From: Octopus bimaculoides
Taxonomy: Eukaryota
Assembly: GCF_001194135.2 (NCBI RefSeq)
Contig: NC_068996.1
Span: 52,125,445 to 52,189,444, forward strand
Direction of reading: 5' to 3'
DNA: 64,000 bases
In this document: positions 1-11,412 of the stretch, piece by piece
Layout: the number at the start of each line of letters is the position of its first letter
Numbering within the stretch: the stretch's first letter is position 1
Made by a program: the position numbers and the translations under genes
Notes under the pieces: generated by a model
Database searches by the model: none
Seen by the model: the letters and a program-made list of their open reading frames with translations, nothing else
Told to the model about the DNA's origin: nothing

Positions 1-268
1 GCTTGTGCGGGTGGCACATAAAAGACACCATTTCGAGCGTGGCCGTTGCCAGTATCGCCTGACTGGCCTTCGTGCAGGTGACACGTAAAAGCACCTACTA
101 CACTCTCTGAGTGGTTGGCGTTAGGAAGGGCATCCAGCTGTAGAAACTCTGCCAAATTTAGATTGGAGCCTGGTGTTGCCATCCGGTTTCACCAGTCCTC
201 AGTCAAGTCGTCCAACCCATGCTAGCATGGAAAGCGGACGTTAAACGATGATGATGATGATGATGATA
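1..268 (+). mobile_element. SINE 3' part with RTE-like tail ending in (GAT)n
   Basis: Nearly identical to 58800-59090 and to reverse copies at 47487-47790 and 22886-23045 (ggcattaggaagggcatccagctgtagaaac...catggaaagcggac). Confidence 0.85.
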
Positions 269-699
269 TGTATGAATGTATGTGTGTGTTTGTGTATGTG
301 TGTGGACAGACACACACAAATATATATGTATGTAATATATATATATATGTACATACAGCGTATGTGAATCACAGTATGTGTGTGTATAAAGACTAACACA
401 TACATTTCCACAATTCTCAACCGATTTTCACCAAACTTTACACACACATTACTTATGCCCCAAGAATGGTCATGCACTATAACATTTTGCCCAGAGCTCT
501 AGCATAAATGGACATAGTTTTTTGTATGTAAGGTCTTCCATATTTTTTTCATCTTTTTATAAAAATGAAAGGATTTTGTCTATTTATTTATTTTGACAGT
601 CCACCTGCCACTGTGATTAAATTGACTAGGAACACTGTACGTGATGAATATCCATTACCAAACAATCTTAATCTCCATATTTAAACTGCATTAAACTTT

Positions 700-1420
700 G
701 GCAAGCTTACCTTTATCTATTCTGAGTTACTTGAAAGGTGATGTTCCCTTTCCTTTCTTCTTTTTGTTGATGTCTCTGTTTACCTACCAATGCGTTGTTT
801 CACTTTAAGGATGCTTATTTACCCATCCATTATGATATTTCAACTGTTGTCCATTATTTCAAATATGTTTTAGCAATGTTGTTCTAGCCTTTTTTTAAAC
901 AATCACATATGATTCACATCAAAGAATCAACCTTTAAATAAGAGTTTTGCTTCCACTAGTGTAAGCTATATATATCTTTCAGAAAGCTCCATACCAATTT
1001 AACTTTATGAAGCATTTGGTGTTAGTTTATGTGCAGGCTATGTGGAAAGACAGAACAAAGGAGCTTTTATTAGCTTATTTCTTCTCTCCCAAAAATACCT
1101 CCCTTTACTGTTGAAAAGAATAAACTTGTAGAGGGAAACTTTCCGCATCTTCCTTCAAGAAATTTCACTTTCATGTAAAACAGCTACATTTTGTAGTTTT
1201 TATCCATAATCTACTTCCAAAACACTTCAGTAGCTTTACTTTGCATTGCTTGCAAACTTATATGTTCTATGATCATTAAAGTGCAATGACCCCAACAATA
1301 ACCAGCCTTCAATTTGATCTTCCGTTCCTATGTTAATTGGAAACAGTTTGGTAGCTCAATTATTTGGAGGAAAAAATACCACCAAAGCAACTTAAACCAT
1401 CCAAAGCACAGGTGCGTTTG
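700..1420 (-). mobile_element. Highly degenerate LINE (RTE-like) reverse-transcriptase C-terminal remnant
   Basis: Interrupted minus-strand frames give KIKLKAGYCWG, KGGIFGREEI and HQMLHKVKLVWSF, loosely like the RTE post-RT region. Many stops. Confidence 0.35.
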
Positions 1421-1611
1421 CTAGTATATATATATATATATATATCACCTAAAGAGATACAACTAGGTCCTATTATACAGGTAAACCATTTCCTAATTGA
1501 AATTTGAATCCTGTATATATGTGGATCAATGTTGTATCGAAACATATGTAGTGGTCATTAAACAACTATCGAATCATACTCCCTCTTCCTTTTGACTCTA
1601 TTTATTCTTTC

Positions 1612-1665
<54 letters not shown>

Positions 1666-2692
1666 TATTTATTTATTTATGAAAGAAAGAAAGAAAATGG
1701 AGAAATTGATATATAGACATCAATTTATTAGAATATACTCAATTCCAAACAATATCAAATTAATAAAACCTGCAACTGTTTCCATGCCCAATTAATTTTA
1801 CCCATCTATGATGAAGGCATAAAATGAGGGAGGGAAGCCATAATAGTAGTATGTATTGAGAAATGTGTAAATGGACTTGATAGATTAATCTGTGATGTCT
1901 TAGAGAAATCACATTATTGTTGGTGATACAGCATTCTATTGCACCTATATGACATGTGTTTGCGACTAAGTAACATGTGATGATAATTCACTCACAAACT
2001 GAAATAGGCTCCCAGCCTCTGTATCATGAATGGTTATGTGGACCACTTCTAATGAAAGCCGGAGCTTCCTGCGACCACTACATAAAAAGTATTTTTTTAA
2101 AAAATTGTTATTTAGAGATACTTTTATTTTAGTTGTTTACACCATTTTACACTTGTTTATACCCTTATACATTCAAAGTTCACAGAGGGAATAGAGGGAA
2201 CAGACAAAGAGACAGACAGACACACATATAGATGGACATAACGTCCATTATAGTAAGATTGCAAATTTGCACATCTACGATGGGAAATAAAGGGATAGTG
2301 TCACAAATCTAAACCCTCTAAATTCATGAACTATATGGGTTGGCATGGTGGGGGGAGTTAATCTGTGTCACCAGAATTTTAACAAAAAAAAAAAATCAAA
2401 GGTGATTTATTAAAACAAAACTCAATATTCACTAAATAATCATACATTTTCACATTTTTTTTTTTTGCTAAAAACCTTCCTAATTATCTCCTTCGTAATC
2501 CTGAAAAACATCATGACCACTGGTTCAGCTGTTTGACCGTGAAAAGGGAACAGGCAGACAGACGGATATAATGCCCATTATAGTAAGATTTGAGAAACTA
2601 AATTAAATTAAATTCAACTTTACGATGAAAATAAAGTTTGTTTTTAGAAGCATTGAGATGTATTGTAAGATAGAGAAATAAATTTATTTCTC

Positions 2693-3019
2693 AAACACAT
2701 GATAATGCTATAAATAGCGTGATCAGGATAAATCATCCATACATTGCAGAAAAATACGTTACTGGCCAGCCATGAGACTCGAACTCACATCTCTGTGATT
2801 ACGCGTCAGAATTTAACGTTAGCATCTTATGAAGCTAAATTTATAAGTTCTGAAATTGCAGAAGAATTCGTTGCTGGTCAGTTCAGTTTAATGGTAAAAC
2901 ACTTGACGCGTAATCACAGAGATGTGAGTTCGAGCCTCATGGCTGGCCAGTAACGTATTTTTCTGCAATGTATGGGTAATTTATCCTGATCACGCTATTT
3001 ATAGCATTATCACACGTTT
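2693..3019. mobile_element. Palindromic (MITE-like) element with about 116-bp arms containing a tRNA-like sequence
   Basis: 2693-2808 is the near reverse complement of 2904-3019. Confidence 0.8.
2876..2949 (+). pseudogene. tRNA-Thr(CGT)-like sequence, probably a pseudogene or TE-borne copy
   Basis: Acceptor GGTCAGT/GCTGGCC, D-arm GTTT-AATGGTA-AAAC, loop CGCGTAA (CGT), variable AGAT, T-arm GTGAG-TTCGAGC-CTCAT. The anticodon stem is bulged and there is an extra base near position 8-9. Confidence 0.55.
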
Positions 3020-3299
3020 AAATTGAATTAAATTAAAGTTTCATATTGAATATCGTTAATTGGACATTTTGTCACAGTAAGAATTTGATGGAAAAAAAAA
3101 GGAGGAAATACATTCCAATATGTTAGTTGGCCATTGATAGACTCAGTCTCCATTTTCTTTCTTTTTTTCATAAATAGATAATAATATACCCATATCCATC
3201 AATGTAAAGCTAACATCTTTTGGTTTTTCACTGATACACTGAATAAAATTAGGGAACTTGGATGCTGACATCCCTTTAAGAGGATTTTATATCCTCGAA

Positions 3300-3342
<43 letters not shown>

Positions 3343-3420
3343 CATACATACACCAATCGCTTTCATGCTAGGAGTACAGCAGAGTTTTAGGTAACAATCC
3401 GATTACATAATCCAACGCTC

Positions 3421-3513
3421 ATCGGAGGTAGCCAATATGGAATGAAATATAACGACTGCTCTCCAACAATAGAGAGCAGTCGCCATAGTTCATTCCATAT
3501 CGGCTACCTCCGA
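3421..3513. repeat. 93-nt near-perfect hairpin (43-bp stem, 8-nt loop)
   Basis: atcggaggtagccaatatggaatgaaatataacgactgctctc / gagagcagtcgccatagttcattccatatcggctacctccgat; 39 of 43 positions pair. Confidence 0.9.
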
Positions 3514-4772
3514 TTGTTACCAAAGGAAAACTTGAACGTTGTTTCTGGTATACTACGCTGCAATCTAGCTTGCTTGTGGCGAGAGGTGACAATGTTTTTC
3601 TCTGATATCTGTCTCAACCTCTGCAATTATTCTTGGCAGGCTTTCACTTTAATACAAAGAGTGCAGGAAAAAAAAAATTATAGAGCATTCGATTCAGTTC
3701 TATATGACATAACATTCCTACGATTGGTTGATAATCCAAAGGGACCGCATGACATGGGTGTTTTTTATGCATAACAACTGAAAAATGTGAGGCTCAATTC
3801 AAGGTCTCGCTACATGTATATCTCAAAACTGTAACAAGAATGGTTCATGAAATTGTAGAAAATGTGATTTAGCACTTGCTGGGTGTTTCACAATTCCATA
3901 CATAATTCATGGAAGGAAAAGACGAGGACAAGATCTCACTGGATAAATAACAATAATAATTTATTTCACTGAATAAACGTTCAATCTCTGGTTAATGGTA
4001 GCCATGAACACCTAGGTGAAGAAACAGCAGGGTTGGTAGTTAGGCACCAAGGCAATATCACAGATTCGCAGTGCCGCTCGCCATTAAAGGTCCCATTCTT
4101 GACGGAGCTGCTCTAAGTTGTGTCCTGCCCGGTCAGAAGCCATGATCGAAGAGGGTGAATAGTGATGAACCCTAGCTGCTGCTGATGATTGCACATGCGC
4201 ATAAGGGGTTTCCGTTAGGTCTTCGGAAGGCTCTAATCCTTGCATATGCGTAGATGAATGTTCCATGGCGTCTAGAACTATGCGGTACTACAAAATTATT
4301 TACATCTCAAATTTACATTAAAAATAACTAAAACAGAATTAAACCCAAATGTTAGGAAATGTATCAGATAGTAAAGCTAGAAGGGCGAACCATCATCTAG
4401 TTTATTAATTCTCCATTGGTATTATTTGCAATTATCAAATTACTATACAGGGAATATCTCATGTTGTCATATTCGTGGTACTCAAGAGACATGGGCACTG
4501 ATCGGCAAATTTTCAGTTTTCTCTCATCAGAAATCACCAAGCAAACGTCAATAAACGAGCCTATGTCATCACATTCCAAGCCAATCTTGAAGTCATAGTG
4601 GCCCGTTAATCCACCCAGATATATTGGTATCAAAAAAACATCAACGTCACAATTTTTGCTCCAACTAACTAGTGCACCCAGCTCATCAATAAAAGTGCCT
4701 ACATAATCACTTTCCCCACTAGTCAGCGATTAATATTAGCATCACTCATTAGAAGAAGTATTACACAGGAGC

Positions 4773-5275
4773 TTAACCCTTTAGCATTCAGCTTAATCTG
4801 TCAAACAATGCTTAACCCATAAACTGCTGGGATTTTGCTGTATGTAACACGAACTGCTGAGCCTATTTTGGGTAAAGATCAACATCGATCTATCACTCGA
4901 AAAAAATACTCAGTATTTCTTAACACCTTTGTGATTAGCTACACTGTTTCTGGGGTGAAAGGGTATCGTGTGCATACATTATACGTCATCAAAATTAGGT
5001 CAAATCATACCCTACTTCCGTGGCCACGAAAATGGCCTGTCGCTCTGTCGCGTTGGCCACTGAGGTGGCCTATCGCAGTTTATGGGTTTTAATTATTCAC
5101 ATTGTTTTGAATTAATCATGTATTATCTCATAGCTTCGAAATTTTAATGGTGTGATTGTTTATTTTTAGAATGATATCGTACAGTAGGTGTGAGAGGCCA
5201 GACCTGGCTGATTTGACCATAAAACCAGTAGAATATTTTGGATACATATGGCCAGTTTAAATGCTAAAGGTTCAA
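4773..5275. mobile_element. piggyBac-type MITE (TTAA-CCCTTTAGCATT ends) with a second TTAA-CCC MITE nested at about 4812-5092
   Basis: Terminal inverted repeats begin TTAA CCC. The inner element has cccataaactgc / gcagtttatggg ends. The outer family recurs at about 31232, 44598-44818, 50000-50541 and 61797-62021. Confidence 0.7.
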
Positions 5276-6039
5276 CAACTGAAATTGTGATAGTAACCAT
5301 CAGGCAGGGGGAAATTGTGATAGTAACCATCAGGCGGGGGCCAGACGATTCAGTACTAAATCACAATGTACAAATAGACGCAGCGAAGATACTAGGAGTC
5401 GAAGTGTTTCTGGTAGTCATCGTGACAGCAGTCATAAGAATTATGGCAGAAAGGGTCAACAGACTAGCTACGGAATATCAAACAGTTCAGCGATGGACTG
5501 CAGATTCAGACTAACGAAAACAGCAGATCAGTTATTCACTCATCAATTTAGACACAGTTTTTACCAGCAACTAAGATACCACTGTACACACACACACACA
5601 CACACACAAAGCGTCATATAACAGAGCTAAAGTTGAGCTCACACAAGAACTACCATGAAATCCCCAGACAGGCTTTTATCAACGATTCAGATAACCGGCC
5701 TTTTCATGTCAGTTTCCACCAATAGTGCAGAACCGTTTTATTCATTTTTTGCTAGTATGTATGCATTCTTCCTTATGCGGTACAGACGCACTATGTATAA
5801 ACACACACACACACACACACACATTCAGATAAAAAACATCGCGTCGATACAGACACATTGGCATAGAAGACTATTCATTCTCCCGGATAATCAATACTGT
5901 CCCCTGTAGTTTTTGCCTTTAATATAAACTTGGCAAAAGAAATGGTTATGTTCTTTGAGTAAATGCAAAGAAGCGACCTATTTTTTGAAAATATAGCAGT
6001 ATTAATCAGACAGTGAAATACATATCACGGGGAAAATTA

Positions 6040-6760
6040 CTATACTTACACCACGGCGACGAAAGAACCTGGAGACAGCTATTGCAGATTGAAGAACTAT
6101 CAAGAAAAATTTCAGTGGGGGTTTCGAACTAAACCAATACCATCTCTACAGAAAGGTTAAGCAAGATCCTCCGATAGGCTACATCAAGAGACTTGCATTT
6201 TGGGATTAAAAAATACCCAACATTCTCAAATTTTTCTGAGAAACAAGGACGTCCAAAACTAGAAAGGTACTGACCACCACTGGTAACTTCCACATTAATA
6301 ATGAGACCGATAGGGTTTATATGAGAAGTAGTGGTGGTAGAGGCATGAGGCCTTTGAATACCGCATTGTACCACTCAGACAACACCTGAACAGTAAAGAA
6401 AGAAACGAGTACATTCCATGCATACTCAAAATTGAGAGCAACAACGTCTTTAGAGTTGGAGAAGAACTACTGTGCAGGTACTATGATAATACAGCTATCT
6501 CGTACGACCCAAAGGGGGCTGAACTGGCCTATCTAAACAGAAGCTTGGAGAAGATGCATCATACCAGCAAAAAGCAATGCATGCGTACATATCCTGTAAG
6601 CTAGAGGATAACAACTCCATTTAACAGGAAGAGTAGCTTCTCAACCTGTGAGGATATGGCTTCGCTATCCCGAAACAGGAGATAGCTACTAAATATTTAG
6701 TAAACAAGAGAGACAAAGATATCACCAAGCCTCTACGTTGTGATAGAAAATGTCAGTTCT
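6040..6760 (+). mobile_element. Degenerate R4/Dong-like non-LTR retrotransposon fragment (post-RT region)
   Basis: One frame reads SKTRKVLTTTGNFHINNETDRVYMRSSGGRGMRPL, matching the KTRK.LT..G.FH...DRLY.R..GGRG motif, and a later CQFC knuckle start. Several stops. Confidence 0.7.
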
Positions 6761-6861
6761 GCTTTACCAGAGTGGAAGATATTCTTTTCTACTCTAGGCA
6801 TAAGGCCCGAAATTTTGAGGGAGGGGGGTCAGTCGATTAGATCGACTCCACTACGCAACTG

Positions 6862-7628
6862 GGATCTTTATGGTTTGACGGGCAACACTTGTTTTCTTAA
6901 CGAAACACTTTCAAACTTGGGACACTGGTAGAATGTGTCATATAAAACATCTTTTTCTCTTAGCCTTCTTAACAAAAATTACTTCTTAATAAGTTATTTC
7001 ATGTTAAAGTTGTCGTATTTCTGTAATTTCAACCAATCACTGACGTCTATTCAGCTGAATACAGTTAGTGCTGTTCGGTGTCAAGTGTGTTATTCCCTGT
7101 TTAATTATATCATTATTCCCTAGTAAGGGTTTAGGGTTAGGGTTCGGGTTTTAGAGTTATGGTTTTAGGGTTAGGGTTATGGTTATGAGTTATAGGGTTA
7201 GGGTTAAGGTTATGGCAAAACTAATCATAACCCTAACCGTAATCCTAAAACTAACCCTAACTCTAAAACCCGAACCCTAACCCTAAAACCAGTACAAACG
7301 CACGAACGATGTCATAAATAACAGTGACAAACGAAATATATACCGCTGATAGTTGTTGTTGACAACGGATAGTTTTACAAAATATACAAGGGCTTAACAG
7401 GGCTTAATACCATATACACCGTCACAGCACTAACTGTATTCAACTGAATAGACGTCAGTGATTAGTTGAAATTATCGAAATAAGACAATTTTTAACGTGA
7501 AATAACTTCGGATACAAATTTTTTTATCTGTTCTATACCGCAAAATATACAAGTATACGAAGTTTGAAAGTGTTTCGGTACCAAAAACACTACATAAAAA
7601 AATGTTGGCCGTCAAACCATAAAAATCC
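6862..7628. mobile_element. MITE with long imperfect TIRs (ggat.tttatggtttgacgg) and a telomeric-repeat core
   Basis: 6862-7075 and 7420-7628 share blocks such as ttcaaccaatcactgacgtctattcag in inverted orientation. A related arm fragment lies at about 44345-44520. Confidence 0.8.
7126..7290. repeat. Degenerate (TTAGGG)n followed by (CCCTAA)n in head-to-head orientation
   Basis: Direct reading: gggtttagggttagggttcggg...gggttagggttaagg then taaccctaacc...cccgaaccctaaccctaaaacc. Confidence 0.92.
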
Positions 7629-8505
7629 GAAACATCAGTTCGGTGCAAACATAACAGACCTGATATTGTTGAGATTCTTATGAGAATAGATGCACACATG
7701 GAAGTGCATCGACAGATCAACCAACACAACCCCATATTTACAAACACCAAGAACTCTCTTAATTCAAAACTTCTTGTTACTTTGTTAGCGACTGGCTTAA
7801 ACTTTCTTAAAAAGAACTTAAAACTAAAACAAAACAAAACAAAATATATATACACACACACGCATGAGAAAAAGATAAAAAGAAATATGCTCGCATACGT
7901 ATAAACGTGTGTGTAATTAATCAAAAAACTTGTTCAACGATGTGTTCATCTTCTCTGCATGTACTAGTTCTGAGTATTTTGATGTCGAAACTGAAGCCAC
8001 ATATTATCTGTACCATTAATAAAATGATCGGTATTCCTGTTACAAGTACGATATTTATCTACAACTATCAACCGCAAGAGAATATAAATATATCCGTTGC
8101 ATATAGTTATCCTGGTGTTTTGTTTATGATTTTCTTAAGTTATAAATAAAGCAAAAATGTATTCGAAGAAGCGAGGATTGTTCCTACTTATTACAGAAAA
8201 GGAAATTGAAATAAAACCTTTTTTGTTTGTTTTTGCAGCCTAAAAAATAGACCATCATCGATACCAAAAATTGCGTCAAATGTCTCTCAACGAAAAAGTG
8301 GTGCAAAATGATTTCTTGTTATTTTCTCCCTTCCTGTTCGAAACCATTACATTGCAATCATCATTTTGTATTGCTACATTATATTTAGGAGTAAAAATTG
8401 GTCAGCATAGTGGTTGCTGTTGAAGATGAGAGAGCTGGAAACTCTCCGGTAGTAGGTTTTTTTTTTTTTTTCAAGAAATTGAGGTTGCTAATAAAATATA
8501 TTACT

Positions 8506-8911
8506 CTTTTACTTGTTTCAGTCAATTGACTGTGGTCATGCTGGAGCAGCGCCTTTAATCGAGCAAATCGACCCCAGGACTTATTCTTTGTAAGACTAAT
8601 ACTTATTCTATCGGTCTCTTTTTGCCGAACCGCTAGGTTACGGGGATGTAAACACACCAGCATCGGTTGTCAAGCAATGTTGGGGGGACAAACATACACA
8701 CATATATATATATATACATACNNNNNNNNNNNNNNNNNNNNNNNNNNNNNNNNNNNNNNNNNNNNNNNNNNNNNNNNNNNNNNNNNNNNNNNNNNNNNNN
8801 NNNNNNNNNNNNNNNNNNNNNNNNNNNNNNNNNNNNACCAAATCCACTCACAAGGTTTTGGTCGGCCCGAGGCTATAGTAGAAGACACTTGCCCAAGATG
8901 CCACGCAGTGA
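8506..8911 (-). mobile_element. tRNA-derived SINE (aggcgcaggagtggctgtgtgg family), with a gap inside
   Basis: Reverse complement of the copies at 12308-12750, 28012-28385 and 42812-43225. Confidence 0.9.
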
Positions 8912-10153
8912 GGGATAATTTTTGTTGATTAGCAATAAAAATTATTTTCTCTGTTGAAGTCAATCTTTTCCCACACCAAAATCTAAATTGATAATTTTCA
9001 AGCGTCAAAAATTGTCTAAACTGGAGCAAAATGAGTGATGATTAATTTCTATACTTTAACAGCATGGTACTACTCCAGCAGATCGTGAAGAAGTTCTAGA
9101 GAATATTTTATGTTGATACAGTTCTATATTTAAGAGATGAGGAATTATGTACATTATTTACATTTGACGGATATTTGTCCTCAACTTTCAGGGATATCTT
9201 ATGTTGATTTTCTAATCTTTTTGATGTTTAAGAATGGATATTGATGTGTATGAATCTTTTCTCAAATGTAATTCTAGAGAATAGAAGAGGAAAATTTACT
9301 TTATCTTGTCTTACTCATTTTGCTCCAGCTAAATTTTTCTTTTATACGCTCAAAAAGAACGACAATAATTTTCTAAAATGGTGTTCTGAATATGTAATAG
9401 TGTTTTTAATGCATTTAGAGAAGGTAATTTCCTTGGCTGATATAGTTTTTGTGAGGCAGTGAACATTTGTAAAAAATATTTTTTCTCAATCTCAAAAATG
9501 CAGTAAAATAATTCATTGTGTTCCACCCCTTACCAAAAATTGCACCGAGTGACTCTCAACATAGAATATACACAACAAAGATGACACAAATATCTATTAT
9601 AAAACAAAGATATACGTGTCTTAGTAGACAATGGATATGTTAATCACAATTAGTTCTTTACAGAAAATGTTATAAACAAAAGGGGAACTTCGATACGTAG
9701 AACGGTTACCATACAGTTTACTGTGGTAAAATATTGAAAATAATTACTCTTAAAATAAATAAAAGTATTTTGCGATAGAAACCGGGTGTGATGACAGTGA
9801 TATACCTAAATTTCAGGAAACACGTTTGTTATCCGATGAGTGGGATTCTTTTGCGATTCTCGGCAACTTCTATACTCAGTTTTGGAGATCCAAATGACGA
9901 CAGTATCCATACATAAACTATAGGATGGTGATGGATGCTCGCCAAGCAGAAAATTAGGCAACAATGTGAGAATACTGATGATTATTCTAACATCATATTT
10001 TCACGAGCATATGTGGCGAAACAAATTTAGAGATCGTGAAAAACTAATTAAGAATCTCATTTCGTGCAACATTGACAGTTATGATTTCCCGTAAAAGTGA
10101 TTCTTTCATCTTATATAAAACATAAGTACGGTTTTCATGTTATATTAAATATA

Positions 10154-11400
10154 TGTAGTGAAACTAACCTCTATCACCATTATATACAAACACCACTTTC
10201 TCTCACTACTATAAATATTAACAAACGCGAGCGTAGTAGAAAGCAACTCATTCCCTGTCATCACCTGACTGACTATTTCTTTGCACAGGTAAATTATCTC
10301 CTCCATTCCCGCCAGAATGCAAACTGACCAACCGTAGCCCCTAATAAGGTCACGTGATAGTGTTTTTCTAATGTTTCTCTGGAGCCTACCTTCAGCTATA
10401 AATAGTCTAAATTATACCCGGCAAATTCGTCGCGCCTCAGATCTCCTTTGAGATCTGGCCGCCGACCACACACGTGTAACACAGCAGCAACCAGTTTCCA
10501 GCGACGACATCAACACCATCGTACAACTACGAACTACAAGCATCGCCCCCGACGTCGCCAACAGCAACACGNNNNNNNNNNNNNNNNNNNNNNNNNNNNN
10601 NNNNNNNNNNNNNNNNNNNNNNNNNNNNNNNNNNNNNNNNNNNNNNNNNNNNNNNNNNNNNNNNNNNNNNNNNNNNNNNNNNNNNNNNNNNNNNNNNNNN
10701 NNNNNNNNNNNNNNNNNNNNNNNNNNNNNNNNNNNNNNNNNNNNNNNNNNNNNNNNNNNNNNNNNNNNNNNNNNNNNNNNNNNNNNNNNNNNNNNNNNNN
10801 NNNNNNNNNNNNNNNNNNNNNNNNNNNNNNNNNNNNNNNNNNNNNNNNNNNNNNNNNNNNNNNNNNNNNNNNNNNNNNNNNNNNNNNNNNNNNNNNNNNN
10901 NNNNNNNNNNNNNNNNNNNNNNNNNNNNNNNNNNNNNNNNNNNNNNNNNNNNNNNNNNNNNNNNNNNNNNNNNNNNNNNNNNNNNNNNNNTATATACAGA
11001 CACTTACCACTGTGTACTCTAAGAACTGGTATCTTAAATCCTTATACGTGTTACTGACTCTATTCAATACTGTGTATCTCTCGTACCCACATACATGTAT
11101 CACTTACACACACTATTTTCTTTACATGACGGCCTGTCTTTTATTGTGTTTCATTATGTCGCATTCACTCACACACAGACATACAATTTAATGCTACAAT
11201 AAATCCTACTGTTATTCATCTCATACGGTTGTGTTCCTATCGTCTTCCTTACTGGCATTTCTTAGTTCTCTATGTTATCGAAGTATAACATATTTATCAT
11301 TTTATATTTTTGTGTTCGACCGTGTGATGCGTTTAATAAAGGAGCCTGTTTTTTCATTCGTCACCATTTCTCCTTTTTGGTTCGCACGGTCGTTCTTACA
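10154..11400 (+). mobile_element. Probable solo LTR
   Basis: TGTA...TACA termini, tata on both flanks (possible 4-bp TSD), internal tataaata box at about 10397 and aataaa signals. A gap lies in the middle. Confidence 0.5.
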
Positions 11401-11412
11401 TATATATACTTT

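Noticed and set aside
4080-4290. Telomerase RNA, 7SK, U3 or RNase P/MRP gene
   Set aside because: None of the diagnostic motifs (CUAACCCU template, box C/D layout, CR-I/CR-V) could be found by eye.
5283-5575. Ser/Arg-rich open frame with a 30-bp tandem duplication (5281-5340)
   Set aside because: No start or splice context and no recognisable domain; most likely low-complexity TE debris.
6049-6387. Minus-strand exon with strong acceptor and gtaagt donor
   Set aside because: All three frames contain stops, and the plus strand is explained by an R4/Dong LINE fragment.
7126-7290. Ancient chromosome end-to-end fusion site
   Set aside because: Both halves share the same variant repeats and sit inside MITE arms, which favours inverted duplication. 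Kept as a TE-related finding instead.
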